Origin: Malacoraja senta | Lineage: Eukaryota | Direction of reading: 5' to 3' | NCBI GenBank assembly: GCA_038087875.1 | Contig: CM075991.1 | Coordinates: 13,146,001-13,206,000 of the forward strand | Length of the DNA stretch: 60,000 bases | Shown: positions 45,523-60,000 of the stretch, in pieces | Position numbering within the stretch: position 1 is the stretch's first letter | Layout of the letters: each line of letters starts with the position of its first letter | The notes under the pieces: generated by a model | Seen by the model: the letters and a program-made list of their open reading frames with translations, nothing else | Told to the model about the DNA's origin: nothing | The model's database searches: none | Made by a program: the position numbers and the translations under genes

Positions 45523-46404
45523 ATGGCGGAGGGCGACAGCGGGAGCGAGCGAGGCGGCGGTGGTGGAGGCGGCGGCGGCGGGGGAGGAGGAGGCGGCGGC
45601 GGCGGGGGAGGCGGCCTCTTGCTGCAGCAACAGCAGCAGGAGACTCAGGAGCTGGCCTCCAAGCGGGTGGACATCCAGAACAAGCGCTTCTACCTGGACG
45701 TGAAGCAGAACGCCAAGGGCCGCTTCATCAAGATCGCCGAGGTGGGCGCGGGAGGCAACAAGAGCCGGCTCACGCTCTCCATGGCGGTGGCGGCCGAGTT
45801 CCGCGACTACCTGGGCGACTTCATCGAGCACTACGCGCAGCTCGGCCCGTCGGACACGGACTCGGCCGCCGGCCTGGGCTCAGACGAGCCGCGGCGAGCG
45901 CTCAAGAGCGAGTTCCTGGTGAGGGAGAACCGCAAGTACTACATGGACCTGAAGGAGAACCAGCGCGGCCGCTTCCTGCGCATCCGCCAGACCTTAAATC
46001 GAGGCCCCGGCTTAGGGGGGACGCAAGGCCAGACCATCGCCCTGCCGGCGCAAGGCCTGATCGAGTTCAGGGACGCGCTGGCCAAGCTGATCGACGACTA
46101 CGGCGTGGACGACGAGCCGTGCGGCCAGGCCGAGCTGCCCGAGGGCACGTCCATCACTGTGGACAGCAAGCGCTTCTTCTTCGATGTGGGCTCCAACAAG
46201 TACGGCGTGTTCATGCGGGTGAGCGAGGTGAAGCCGTCGTACAGAAACTCCATCACCATCCCGTACAAAGCCTGGTCCAAGTTTGGCAGCGCCTTCAGTA
46301 AGTACGCCGAGGAGATGAAGGAGATCCAGGACAAGCATCGGGACAAGATGCTCTTCGAGAGGCGAGCCGACGAATCGGATGGGGAAGATGTGGACGACGA
46401 TTGA
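45523..46404 (+). CDS. PURB: Transcriptional activator protein Pur-beta, intronless, 293 aa
   Basis: [13 protein letters not shown] start, three PUR repeats ([64 protein letters not shown]), acidic [10 protein letters not shown] end; Kozak AAGATGG. Confidence 0.93.
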   Translation: MAEGDSGSERGGGGGGGGGGGGGGGGGGGGGLLLQQQQQETQELASKRVDIQNKRFYLDVKQNAKGRFIKIAEVGAGGNKSRLTLSMAVAAEFRDYLGDFIEHYAQLGPSDTDSAAGLGSDEPRRALKSEFLVRENRKYYMDLKENQRGRFLRIRQTLNRGPGLGGTQGQTIALPAQGLIEFRDALAKLIDDYGVDDEPCGQAELPEGTSITVDSKRFFFDVGSNKYGVFMRVSEVKPSYRNSITIPYKAWSKFGSAFSKYAEEMKEIQDKHRDKMLFERRADESDGEDVDDD

Positions 46405-49400
46405 AGCTATTCAGTAAGAGAAGAAGAAACAAAAAAAAAAGAAAATAAGAGCAAATTGTGTCGATTGAGAAGTTTTAAAAAAAATAACGAGTAAATTGGT
46501 GTGTCGATTGCAAAGAAAGACGTTTTAAAAATCTTTAAAAAGAACCAAATTGGGTCGATTGCAAAGAAGATTTACAAAAATAAAACCTCGAGAAAATGTT
46601 TTGAATAGTATTTTTTGGGAAACGCAGTTACATAAGTGAAAATGCATCTTCTGAGGAGTGGAAACGACTTGCATTGGTATATGTATGCAAATTTGTGAAG
46701 GGAAAGAAATGGAGCAAGTTCTTCTGGAAGATGTTGGATGGACGATTCATTGCGAAATACACACTGTTATTTGTGGAAAAGCGTCGTATCACTGAACCAT
46801 CAGCAATTCAGAAAAGAAAAGATTTGTTGGCACAACCAAAAGTTTTACAGGAAGAGAAAGAAGCTACAAACATCCACCTGGAGAGCCACCATCAAGGCAC
46901 TGAAGCCAGCAACACTTCAAAAAAGTTCTTTTCGTATATTTAAAAAGTTCTTATGGAAGTTTTTTTAATTATTTTAAATACTGGACAATCAAGAGTCATT
47001 TTTAAAATTTGTTTTCATTCTAAATATTTCAAATATATTTGATAAAACTGTCGTTTCTGATGTAGAAAATTAATGTTTTTAAATAGAAACAAATGAAGGC
47101 TTGACTTATTCAATAGCAGAATACAGTGCTAGTTTCACATGAAATCTACTGCCAGGGGTTTGCATACAGATTGACTGCAACTCCTCCATTTGAAAGTAAT
47201 GTCCCATTTTGTTTTGTTTAGCTGTAGTGCATTCCCCCCCCCCCCCCCAGTATTTTTGGCAGTGTTATGTGCATCCTGTAATCTCATTGCAGTATAAATC
47301 ATCAGCAGAAATTCTGCTAGTGTGAACTTGTTACCCTGTAGTAGAGACTGCTTGTAACTAGCCCGGTGCTATTATCGACAACAAAATGACATGTCGAGCC
47401 TTGTTAAGAGATGCTCAATGGAGTGTTTCTGTTTTACTTTTATTTTTAAGTCAGTTATCCACGACGTACGATCTGACTTTTCCAGACTTGAGAATGTGCA
47501 TTTGCTTTTAAGTAGAATAATTGTATAAAAAATTCACAATGAACCACAATTTCCCAAGAAACATTATTTATGTACACAAAATTGTTAGCTATTGGGCAGA
47601 ATAGATGAGAACTAAAATTATTAACCTAACAAACACCGGCACTAAGGAAAAGGGTCGTACAGCTCTGCTGTTTTTTTCCATTTAAGTCGTGCAGGAATTT
47701 AGGCTTTTAATGTTATTTTTTTAAGCTGTCTATTTATTTATTAGAAACAGTAATTATATTTTGCAGTATTTTCCCCTCTAAAGGCTCCGGACTGTGCTAT
47801 TAGAGCAAATAACAAGCATTTTCCTGCCGATTGACCCAAGTAGCCGGTGAGTCTGATATAAAACATTCAATACACATTTGAAAATTATTGAATTATATGT
47901 GCGTCCATTATAGACCACTCATTATTCTTTATCCACAATTTAATTTTATGCCGTTCAATATACCCCTACATGAGCTGTCAAAGTTGTGACGTGTTATTCA
48001 ATTGTGTTTAAACTGAGTCGGGTGGGGAAGGGGATGGTGTTGGTGCATTAAAGGGGAGGAATTAAAGCCAGGATGTTCAGATATCACTTTTGCAATCAAA
48101 CAGCTTTCAGTTTGAATGTATGCTGATGTAAACAATATCTGGACTGAAAAAAATAAGTAACGTCTTGTCAGCTAGCATTCAAGGATAACTGGGAGAAGCT
48201 GCTAGGCAAATATTGTTTGTGTGTATAGATATATAATCTGGTGTGGATGGGAATATCTCCACCAGATACGGTCCTTTACACTTTGCATATTTTGGTTTTG
48301 TGTGCTATTAAATTCATGGGTGGAAGGAAAATGAGAAAGTAGATTGGAGTCTTCATAACCTGGTTGTGGCTTGTAAATTACATGAGATAGTATGCAACTT
48401 CTAAGCTGTATAAAATGTCACCTGTGTTGAGCATAGCAATCCACACCTGTTTGGAGTTGTTTCAATGTGCTGTAAGAGTTGGCTGGTTCAAACATGATTA
48501 GTTGGGTCGATGAAATAGACTCTTGATGTAAGGAGGAAATTTAGCGGAGAGCTTTGGAATACAAAACATGCAGCTTGGTAATCTTTGTTCGAAGGAGAAT
48601 TTTATAGCCAGTTTATTTGTTGAGTTTTCTGATTATCTGCTTATTCAGTGTGGTGTCTTTGTTTTAAAAACTTATTAGAAATTAAAATATACAAAGTGAA
48701 AGGTCCTGTTATTCTCCACAGTGAAGAAAATATTTCTGGAGGCATGGTGCAGTGCCTCAATAACTTTGAAATGGGTTTTGAGTGTTTCCATGTGACAGTA
48801 ATGCTGCTGTTCCTTGCAGTCTTTATCACTTTGCTGTGATTGCAAATGTGAACAAATATTTTAATTCTTCACTGTCGATAAATTAATTTAAAAAAGGCTT
48901 TTGTTAATGTTGAGTTTTTAACTTCGTCCTGCTTTTGTACACACGTATAGGATATTTTTTACAAATTAATGTAGATTCATTTTAAGGTCTTTTGTAAATT
49001 AAGACTTGCTGACAATTGAGCCTTTTGGCTTTTTTCTCCATCGTGGCTAATGATTTGCAAGGCAATCAAGCCAGTTTGATAACATTCCATGTTTTTTTAG
49101 CATTGCCATGTTATAGGTGCTGGAAGAACAGATACAGGCAAGCATGAGGTTTGAAATCCTTGCTTGTTTTAGTCGATGCAACCAAAAACATTCGTTGTTC
49201 TATTTTTTTTAAAGCAAAGAGCACTAACTGGGGAAATGAAAGCTTGGAGATTTATGACGGGGGAACTGGAGCTTTCCTGGACATGGCAAGGGAATACAAT
49301 CAGAATCCAGTTCTTGATCTTCGTTTTAATAATCTTTAGTATACATTGGACTTTGTACAAACCTCTTTCCCAATTCCCAGTGAGTGACCATTCAGGCCAT

Positions 49401-52400
49401 GTCTGCAGAAGTAGTAGGAACTGTAATTCTAGCACAGATGGGGTTGATCTTTTTTTGGAAGTGCTGTTTTGACCTCAGGTCAACGTGGCTGCATAGAAAT
49501 AGAATGGTTTGGGCTTATCTGCTTTCAGGTGAAACCTATTCAATTTGCTGACTCACGGGCCATCAGGCAAAGCATTTAGTTTGAGAAGTTCAGTTTGAAG
49601 GATATTAAATTTACTATGATGCGAAGTAATTCCAGAAAGAAACCTTCTGGTTAGCTGTGGGACTTGCAGAGAGAAACTTGACTATTTCTCATTTGTCCCA
49701 CTTCCAGTACAGACCAGTTCAGACGTCATGCACAGTTCAGAACATTAACTGAACTTCCATGGTCCAGATATTGCAAGTTAGCAATTAAATCTGATTAAGT
49801 CCTAAACTGTGTGGAAACAAAGCAGAATTAAGTTATGTCTCTCATTAGACAAACCTTTACAGAATCCCATTTATGATTTGAGGGAGGGTGGTGATGAGGT
49901 GGGGGGGGGGGGGGGGGGGGACTAATGAATCTTGTAGATATATGTACGTAAACCAAGTGAAGAGAGCTGCAGTTTAAATTACTGTATTTCAGTAATACTG
50001 TAGTCCTCGTACTGAGAAACTAATGTATAGAAAAGGCTTTTGTGGTTATTGATGTTTCCCAGTCTTGATGGGATAGCGTGCTTTCAATGTAAACTGAACT
50101 TATAAACAGAAAGAGGCCATTGCCTTTGGACACCAAAGTGGCCCCTGTTCAGTAACTGGACTTGATGTAGAGCTCTCCAACCTGGTGCTTTGTTGTTTTG
50201 AATGCTCAAAATCTACAGCCATTTTATTATGTTAATGAAGATACATTTTCCATAGGTTGTTTAGAATAAAAGGAAGTTGAAGTTATTAATGCAAAATGTT
50301 GAAAATATAAAGTTGATTTGAAAGAAGCTAATCATTTCAGCTGTCCTTGCCAACATGTACTTTGTGCATTTATGGTTTGGGCAGAGCACTGAAATGAGAA
50401 TTCTTCTGATTAAGATTGCTTTCCATTTCCCGAAGTTATTTTATTTTAACTCCTGTGTAAGATTTTCTAGACAGGTTTTTGTATTTAAGTTCACTCGGTT
50501 TTGTGTGCTCATCAGGTTGTGATTTGACAGGGAGGAGCCTCTTTTAGTTGTAGTGGTATGGCCAATCTCATGACAGTAATGATATGACCTCTGGCCAATG
50601 CAGTATATTATTTCTCATTAAGACTGCATAGACATTCTTCCATACCTTTTGGGGATGAGATTCTGTTTGCAGATGGCTGGTCTAGTGACTTGAACAAATA
50701 AATACACTCTAGTCGATACTAACACCAACTGGTGCTTCCATTCAATATTTGCCTCTGATAAACATTTGATTTCTTTTTGGGTGCTCTGCAAGAGAGCAGA
50801 GATTTAGAATTTACTCACACTGCTCTTAATGCCTCAACCATTTGGCATTATTACTAAGCAATGGCACAGGCAGTTTGTCGTGCTGTCCAGTGGTTTCTTT
50901 AATGAAGTAAGCTTTTACCCACATTCATCAAAATTGATTATGAAGTTCAAGCTTGTAATTTTATGCTGAATTTTGACATGTGGAAAGGCATCAGTATGTA
51001 TAAGTGGATTCATAGCCTATCAATGAAAAATATAAACTATATTCTATAATTCAATTCTAGATTTTTTTAAATTAAAAACTGATATTCTTTGTTTCAATTT
51101 ATTATTCAACTAGTTTTTATGTTTTTTTCTTTTTCTATTTCAAGTATCTCATTGTTAACTAGCTTAACCCAATTAGCCCGTTCCTTCTGAAAATTTCCTC
51201 TAAACAGTTACAAGGTTTGATAGACCAGCTCCACTCTCTTTGGAATTTGTATCCATCAGTTACATTTTGTTTGACCTTTGTTACTGAGGATTTGGTTAGA
51301 ATCATATGTGTGGACCAATATGCTGCTGCACTGTGAGTGTATGGACAGATAGTGATTGTGATATCTGGCATAGTCCCTGAAAGCCTTGTAGCTGGTACTC
51401 AATGGTTGATCATTGGAAGGATTTGTGTGAGCTAGTAACTGAAATCTCTTGCCCTGCAGTATTTTTAATTTCAATCTTGTACAAGGTGGCAATTCAGTAT
51501 ATTTGTTCACTGCCTTATTTAGGGTTAAGACTCTGGTGTCTGGTGATCTCAATTTTAGCCATCTACTCTTTGAGGATACTCATCCTTGGTGCTCCAATTC
51601 CTTCCCATTGCATTGGTCTGTCATAATCATGTTTTACAATAGAAAAAATAAATAACCCAGAGTCCAGAAGCCGCCTTGGTACTTTGGAGCACTTTCCCAC
51701 TCATGGATTTCTAACAGCTCATTGTGTAAATTAGTTTCCCCCTTTTCCCAGGATCATTCCCACATAGGCAATTGGTACAAACATCCAAGTGCTCATTCTT
51801 ACTCATAATATCGGGACAGCTCATTTAAATCATAACTTGCTTGTATATGGCATCAAAGTAAAACAAATTATATGTTAGCAGTCAGTAAATTGTTAAAAGA
51901 ATTAAAGTCTTAGGAACAGCTGGGGACAGCGATCCTCGTTCTTGACGAACAGTAAATCTGCATAGTTAATGGTTATGTCTTAATTTTGTGATTAACACTG
52001 ATAGGAAGGGGGGCACGTTAGTCATGGAAGCAGATGAGTAACAAACTTAACTGTTTTGCATGGCATGGCCAGAAACCTTCTCGGCATTTGAAAGTAGTCA
52101 ATACCGTTCAAATTTCGAGGTCTTCTATTGTCATGCTGGCATAGCACGATGTCCCGAGTTTTCTGGGGCCTACCCAGCTGAGATGGTTTTGTAAAGCTGT
52201 GTGCCTAGCTACCTCTCTGATTTCCTTACGTATTTCACTTGAACGAAATGTACAGTCGCATCTGCTTGTATTGTTTTGCCACGTACATTAGACTCAGACT
52301 AATGCAGTTAAATTAGTGGCAAGATTTGTGAAAAGTCAATAGTTGCTTGGTGACAAAAATGATGAATATCTGCATAATATAGTTAAATATATTTACTGTG

Positions 52401-55373
52401 AGTCTTTTATATATTTTTTGTTTAAATTGAGTTTGTAACCCACCTCTGATCATTACATGATGTATTGATGGCCCATTTACTTAAAGGTCAAGGAAAGGGC
52501 AGATGCATATTTAACAAGTTAGGATGAAACACCAATGATTGAAAACCTTGCTTTGTAAGTGGAATAATATTGTCTGCTTTACTGACAATTTTGAAATGTT
52601 GATATTTAGAAAAAGGATAACATCATGGCCTTTTTAAAAATGAATTGCTAATTTTGACAATCAGCAAGCCAAGCATATTTGTTTTTTTGGTACCTGTCCG
52701 CTACCCACTGGTACTCCAGGAGCAAGTGCGTCATTGTAGAAGGGCCACTAATGGTTGGCTGCCCTCTTACTCCAACTCTAGCTCTGCAAGTTGGTTGAAT
52801 AACCAGAACCTGTCTTCATTCTCTAACAGCATAATGCCAGAGTGTCCAATCTTCCAGGAGGTTAACAAGCTCTGGGTTATCTGCTAGAAGTCATGTTCAT
52901 TGGGTTTAATTGTCCACATCGGATTTCTTGCTGAACAAAGTGATTTCATCTATGGGAATATTTTTGAATAAATAATGCCTAGGGCTTGAGAGGGTAGAAT
53001 TCAGGTTGGGTTCCTATGTAAGTGAATATGGATGTCGGGAGAAGCCAATATTGGATTTTGGCTGGTGTTTATCTGAAAAACAGGAAATTGGGTAACTTAC
53101 AGATGCTAAATCAAGAACCATAGAAACTGTGTTCCTGTCATATGGAAGGGAGAGGATTGAATGCCCGGGAAAGACAGAATCTATAAATAGTTAGAACTCT
53201 AGCAATGTTCATGAAATTAATTATCTTTTAACTAAAAGTAACAATCTGCAATCACTTAATTACTTGATTTTTGTTTCAGTAGATAAAGACCATAACATTT
53301 AAAGGAAACTCCTTTCACCGGGTTGTGTGTGTGTGCGCGTGTGTGTGTTTTCTCACTATTAGATTTGTTGGAGAATCATGTTGCATATAAACTTCGATCA
53401 GTGAGTTTCAGTAGATTCATGTCCAACAATGGTTGTATAAAATTCACTTGAGCTATTGGATTTGGATGGCTGGCCCAATTTTTAGGCTCTTATTTGCAAG
53501 ACTTTTGTTTAAACATAAAGGAAAAAACTTTTACTTGACCTTTAAAATGGGCATTTTATCACTTAATCTTTAAAACACTAGTAGCTATAAAATTCTGTTT
53601 GCAAATATTTCAAGAAAACTAAACTTTGTTTTAACAAAATTGCCTTTTAAGTTCTAACCTACTCCATGTTTTGTTTGCTTGTAATGTTTGAAGTGCCTAC
53701 TGTGCTGAATGGGAAATTAGGCTTCCATAAAGCTTGGATGCATAGAGGAGTAATAGGGCATCTTTATTTCTGTCAATTGCTTAGTTCTTGCACCCACTTT
53801 AGCTTAATGTAAAGAGATTGCTGCATTGAATAAGTATTTCTGGATTTGCTGTTCATGGTGTGGTAACTTACTCTAGTATGATTGAAAGCATGTGCAGAAC
53901 CTGTTGCAACACAGTTGTTGGGAGAGTTTGGGGAGGGGTGTGATATAGGAGAAGGTCTCGTGGAATTAACAGTTTTCCTCTCGTATTTGGCATAATACAA
54001 AGTATACCACTGTTTAAACTATAGCCTGTTTGAAGCGATTAGTTAAATAACAAATGGAAAATTTCCGGACTCGTATATTCCATGCTAAATGCAATTTGAT
54101 GTATTTTCAAATCGGTTGGACAGTGAACAAGGGCAAGTTGCACTGTTGCTGCCCATTATTTTCACATTTGAACTTCAAATTGTATTTACAAATTAATCTT
54201 TCACAAACTGCAAATCATTTCACCTGACAAAATTTACTCCCATACCCCAAATTGCCAGAATTAACAGGCTCCTCCTATCTGCAGGAACTTTTTTCAAACA
54301 CTAATGTGACCATCCAGATGAAAGCAGCTATTCTCTGACTTGCATTGAGCGCCTTGCACTTTAATATAGCTCGTTCTAGTGTTGCGTCCCTCCTACATGC
54401 CGCCTACCGCACGTCCTGCCATTGGCTGCAGGGTGTCTCAACTTGCGTTATGCCAATAAACGTATCTGTGCACAGACAAACAATAAGAGCACAAGAGGGC
54501 AGAATAAAATAAAATTGCCCCCTGGTAGGGTAACTCAGGTGTGCAAGTGAACAGGCATCGTTTATAATGGGAGAAAGAAGTCCTGACGTACGAGCCTGTC
54601 TTTCCAGACAAATCTTTATTTTTTTACATGGAACATTGTTGAATTTGTGCAAAGTAAAATATATTATATTCCATTTGAAATTTAAATGATTATAAAATAT
54701 CACTGCATTTTGAGGCTGAGGGGTATTACCAGGTGGATAAACTTACATGAGTACCCTCCGTCACAAAATTTAGCACAGTGCAGTGAACCACAGTCTTAAT
54801 GCACGGGTCCAGTAGACCAGGGCACTTGAGAATTAGGACCTGACCAAGTTTGGTGGGAGATGGCTCGGGTAGCTTGAGTGGTTTGGCCTTTGCAAAGATG
54901 CCCTTGTTTAACAAGTGCCACTTATTTAAACAAACCCATATGGTTTTAAAAATTAAGAGTCCCATTTTATTCCTGCATTTGATTGAAGTGGGAATAAAAT
55001 TGATGAGATCCCATATCGCTTTAGATTACAATTTTGTCCAATTGGTATCTAATATTAGGTGGTCTTTATTTTGTTACAAATGGGTTTAAAGTAAAGAGAG
55101 TGAGTGATACCAAATTAAGCCTGTGACTTTCCAAAAAAGAAACCTTGTGGTTTTGATGTGTTGCCTCATAAAAATAAATCCTAAATTGAGCAGTGACTTG
55201 CTGTTTGTAAAGTGTATCTGAAGCGTATTGTGCATGATGTTGCATGGGGAGTGCACAGATATTAATTCTGGGCTTGCACGCTGGTGTAAATGAGTGCTGC
55301 CTGTTGAACAGTGTGCAGTATTTATTCTCTAACTCAAGTTTTTGTTAACAATGATTCAACTTTATTTGTTACT

Positions 55374-55379
55374 AATAAA
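55374..55379 (+). terminator. Candidate distal PURB poly(A) signal
   Basis: AATAAA near the end of the repeat-free tract, followed by GT-rich sequence; other AATAAA sites lie upstream. Confidence 0.35.
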
Positions 55380-58300
55380 ACCGGCATTACAAAGGAAGTG
55401 TTTCATTTACACGTGTTCTGCTGAAACAATTTCATTGGGCATGGTGGTCTTGCACACGTATGAATCACTGGTTTAGAACATGCATCTCAACTTGGCACGA
55501 TAATTGGTGGAGTAGTGCTGAGATAATATCCAACATTAAGGTTTCTTAGTATTCACTGAGCCCATTATAGATGCCATATATTTGCCAGATTTCACTTGGG
55601 CTGGAGTGCACATTGTCAAGAATTGATATGTTTGTCAATCTAAGCACTGCACTCCTATATATATATATATATATATATATCCTTTCCACTCTCCTGTTTG
55701 ACCTGAAACAAGTTCACTATGCTTCCCTTACTAATGGATGAATCAACAATTCAATATGAATGTAAGAGAATTTGTTTAATGTAGGTGGCTTGCAAGGCTT
55801 CACTATGTGGTGTATCCGTTGGTCTACATGGACAATGTTCTATGGAGAGCCTTGCCAACATGTCTTCCTTCCACTACTAGTTTTTTTAATGTACTATCAA
55901 GTGATTTATTGCGGGAGTAGGTGTAAAAATCCCCTGGATTCTCCAAAAAGAAAAACCTAATCCCTTCCAATGGCTATTATTCTATCAAGTTTACAAACAA
56001 ATTAGTCATGTGGCAATTTGTGTGAGGGCAATGAAGAAGCCAGCACCTAAAAGCAAAATAACAGCTCCTGTGCCCAGTTTTTTTTTAAAAGAAAAACTTC
56101 CAAAAACATAAGTACTGACCCCTGAAGACACAAGGAACTGCAGATGATGTAATCTTGAGTGAAACAATGTGCTGGAGTAACTCAGCAGGTCGGCAGCATC
56201 TCTGGAGGACATGGACAGACAACATTCAGAGTTGAAATGTTGCCCAGCCATGTCTTCTAGTGATGCTGCCTCTTGCGCTGACTTATTCCACTACTTTCTT
56301 TTAAAACAGTACTGACCTGGTTCTTTCTATCGTGCAAATTAAAATAATGGATGACTGACACCATCTCCCCAACCCATTTAAATCTAATACTTTGTAAGTT
56401 TGAAGAGAAGCTGTGATGTTGGTCCAGATTGTGCAACGGTTTCCTCTGGTCTACACAGAACCATTGTAGTAATATGCCTCTGCAACTCATGACATCCTGT
56501 CTGCCATGTTTTAATGACTTAAGTGTGTACATGATGGATGAAAGCAGATTTCAGTTTGGTGTGATTTTTGCATAAAGTGATGACCTTCATTGTTGAGAGC
56601 CTATGGCTACCTGGGTAAGTTCCTGAAAGGCTGTTCCCATTTGGAGGCAATAACTATCAAGAGACGGCATGTTCCAGATGGCTTGAAACTGCTTTGACCA
56701 CTATCAACAATTTCCCCACTGACTAGCACCTCTTATTTATAGATAGATCCTCCTGAATCTTCTGATTATTGGCAATGAGTTCACATTGTTTGCTAATGGC
56801 ATCTATCTCCCCTCCCTGTCACCGCCTTTCGTGTTACTTGTCTGACATCCAGTGCTGGTGAGCTTTGTCCTTGAATCAAGCTTCAAGCACTCCTCAACCT
56901 AACTGACCTTTTCACATTTTAATTCCATATATATCCACCAAACCTGACTGGATTGTATAAAATATACTTTGATTCAATACCTTTATCACTTCTTTCCAGT
57001 GTTGTTGATTATAGTGCTGCTTTCAATTCACTTAAACCTACAAAATGTTCTCGCTTTTGTAGATTTTCATTCTACATTCTCTTTCAAAGTGGTCGACCCT
57101 ATTTTTTCAATTCTATATCGGGGATGGAATTCTGACTGACATATGACTTTAGTCTACTTCCTCCCACTTACACACACTAAGAAAACAATCTTTCCACCTC
57201 TCTTCCATTTGTTCTGACACGGCCATCCTTGGTCGCAGTGGCACAATGTGATCAGTGAAAGGAGCTGGCTGTGGGGAAAAATTGTTAGCTACCACATCTC
57301 CAAACTGGTATCAGGATAGGGTTGCCCTTGTCCACATCTTCCACTTCAGATCCTTCCCCATTCAATGGATCATCTGGTTTGGAGGGGTGGTAGCAAATAC
57401 TTCTATCGTATTCTGCATGCTGCCGCCACCAGACACTTCACTTTTCAGAATGCTAAAGGAATTTCCCTCTCGAGAAGTAAGACTGAACTAATGTTAACCT
57501 TTCACCTACCGATGACAACTTCTTATGCATCTTAGGTCGGATACATGTGGAAATGGGCCACTGAGTCTCCCCACATTCTTATCAATTTCCCCCAATCCCA
57601 GATTTTTTGAGATGTGAGAGTAATTTAGAGTTGGAGCACCCAGTGGAAAACCATGTGGTCACAGAAGGAACATGCAGACAGCATCTGAGGTTGGTATTGA
57701 ACCTGGATTACTGGAGCAGTGAGGCAGCAGGACCTTTAACTGTGCCACTCATCTGGTCTTATGCAACTGCAACACCTGCCATTTTACTACCTTCCTTCGC
57801 CACGTACACACAAATGTCCAGGATTGTAATGCCTCAGATGAAGAAGCAAATTAAAATTCTAATAAAGCAAGTCTAACTTGCTGCTCATGCTGAGGTACCT
57901 AAATTGAGGAAACCAAATAGTAGTCTATCTCCTGCACTACATCTGTGTATCTTAACACATGCTTCAAGAACATCCTATCTCCTGACTGGATACATCGTAG
58001 CCTTCTGGACTCATTACAGCATTAAAAAATAAATGTAATTATAGCTTTGTTGTCATTGCTGATCATTGTCCAGCTCCACTCAGCCTTCTTGCAGACTGCA
58101 CTATTCAACTTTGTACTATCTCAAAATGTGATGTTCTTCCCATTTCCCTGTTTTTTCTCCTCCTGTTCCTAGATTTGATTGAAAGTTATCAACCTGAAAG
58201 GTACCTCCAGACCCGCTGAACATCTATTCCCCCTCTCAGCATTGGTTTTGAACCAGGACAGGTTGAGATGAGCTTTTTTACACCATTCAATTCTAGCTCC

Positions 58301-58774
58301 AGAAATCTCTTATGTTGCTCATCTGCTGAAACCCAGATCCATGCTTTAGCTATTCATTCCTGGGATTTGTGCATCATTAGCAGGGATAGATTTGATTCCC
58401 CTCTAATTAACCTTGAGATGGCAATGAGCTGCTGCTTTGAACTGCTGTAGTACTTTTGGTGAAAGTACTTATAGAATACTGTTGGCAAACATTCCTCGGA
58501 CTTAGACCAGCGTGGGCAAGGAATTGGCACATTTCCAAGGTAGGATGGTGTATGACTTGGAAAATCTACAGGCGGTGGTGTTCCAGCTGTCCTTTCCTTT
58601 GGTGGCGGCAGAAGGTATGTGTCATTGCAGTGATATACACAGTAGCCATATGTGGAAGAGAGGAATGCTAAAGAACAGGTGCCAGTCAAGGGAGATGCTT
58701 TGTCCTGGGTAATGCTACCTGCTTTGGCTTGTTCCTGGAACTGCACTCATCCTGACAAGTCAGGTTTAAGAGGC

Positions 58775-59325
58775 TGTCCCACTGCGGCGACCTAATCTGC
58801 AAGTTCAGACAAGTTTGCCCTCGACTCATACTCGCAGCATGGTGGACACGAGGTCCTCCATGCTCTGTAACGCTCGAGAGTAGTCCCTGCGTACTCGATG
58901 CCTCAGCTAGGTCGCGGCTTGTTTTTCAACATGGAAAAAAACGATACTTTTTTTACTCGTAGGTTTAGTCAAAGTAGGTCGTAGTGGGTCGGCATGTTAT
59001 TCGTAGGTAATCGAGGGTAGTCGAAGGTAATCGTAGATAGTCTTCAACATAGTCGAAGGGAGGTCGAAGGAGATCAAAATAATTTCAAACAGCGCTCCTC
59101 CGCTTTCCCTGGCCCCCGCCTTTGCGATGTGTTTGTTTGTGTGTGTGGTCGGTCGATCCAGCTCGCGGTTTCAACACTGACGGTCGATCCAGCTTGAGGC
59201 TTTCCAGGCGAGTACCCTCGAGCTTGAAGGTCGAAGAACTCTTCTAAACTCGCTGATTAGGTCGCCCAAGTGGGACAGCACCTAAACTCTTCTAAACTCG
59301 CCAATTAGGTCGCCGCAGTGGGACA
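58775..59325. mobile_element. Non-autonomous DNA transposon (Harbinger-like MITE)
   Basis: TIRs TGTCCCACTGCGGCGACCTAAT and ATTAGGTCGCCGCAGTGGGACA; extra copy of the right TIR near 59240-59283. Confidence 0.75.
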
Positions 59326-59332
59326 TAATCTT

Positions 59333-60000
59333 TTGGACAAAGACCCATCATTTATTTATTTGCCTCTGTACTCCACAATTTGAGATTTGTAATAGAAAAA
59401 GTCACGTTAAAGTGCACATTGTCAGATTTTATTAAAGGGCATTTTTATACATTTTTGTTTCACCATGTAGAAATTACAGCTGTGTTTATACATAGTCCCC
59501 CCATTTCAGGGCACCATAATGTTTGGGACACATAGCTTCACGGGCGTTTGTAATTGCTCAGGTGTGTTTAATTGCCTCCTTAATGCAGGTATAAGAGAGC
59601 TCTCAACACCTAGTCTTTCCTCAAGTCTTTCCATCACCTTTGGAACCTTTTGTTGCTGTTTATCAACACGAGGATCAAAGTTGTGCTAATGAAAGTCAAA
59701 GAAGCCATTATGAGACTGAGAAACAAGAGGAAAACTGTTAGAGACATCAGCCAAACCTTAGGCTTACCAAAATCAACTGTTTGGAACATTAAGAAGAAAG
59801 AAAGCACTGGTGAGCTTACTAATCGCAAAGTAACTGGCAAGCCAAGGATGACCTCCACAGCTGATGACAGAAGAATTTTCTCTATAATAAAGAAAAATCC
59901 CCAAACACCTGTCTGTCAGATCAGAAGCAGTCTTCAGGAGTCAGGAGTGGATTTGTCAATGACCACTGTCCGCAGAATACTTCATTAACAGAAATACAGA
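59333..60000 (+). mobile_element. Tc1/mariner transposon 5' part with defective transposase (runs off the window)
   Basis: TIR with inner direct repeat CATAATGTTTGGGACA; paired-like HTH ISQTLGLPKSTVWNI...GKPRMTS...TVRRIL; stop at 59986-59988. Confidence 0.88.

Noticed and set aside
45118..46346. Long overlapping and antisense ORFs over PURB (237 and 262 aa)
   Set aside because: Expected shadows of a GC-rich coding sequence, with low-complexity translations
46674..58746. Numerous short ORFs downstream of PURB
   Set aside because: No recognisable domains or consistent splice pattern; consistent with chance ORFs in AT-rich non-coding DNA

Overview
Eukaryotic (vertebrate) genomic DNA. The repeat content (V-SINE/HE1-like SINEs, Penelope-derived repeats, CR1, Rex1/Babar) points to a cartilaginous fish, probably a skate or ray (inference). 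Three host genes can be built by hand. (1) CKAP2L on +, 9 coding exons, 1718-18571, 802 aa, with a CCAAT/CHR cell-cycle promoter and a 13-aa coding minisatellite. (2) A strongly divergent interleukin-1-family gene on -, three beta-trefoil exons at 19412-21695, with no visible pro-domain exons; the ORF track shows only its last exon. (3) Intronless PURB on +, 45523-46404, followed by about 9 kb with no recognisable repeats. The CKAP2L / IL-1 / PURB order matches the known fish IL-1beta neighbourhood. The interval from the IL-1 gene to PURB is heavily remodelled by retroelements. A truncated L1 sits between two ~480-bp copies of the putative IL-1 promoter and exon 1. A 2.55-kb tandem duplication has one copy interrupted by a young full-length L1, whose probable ORF2 start is split by a 1262-bp inverted copy of neighbouring DNA. 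Penelope-derived repeats carry minimal hammerhead-ribozyme cores. All calls come from reading the sequence; no searches were run.
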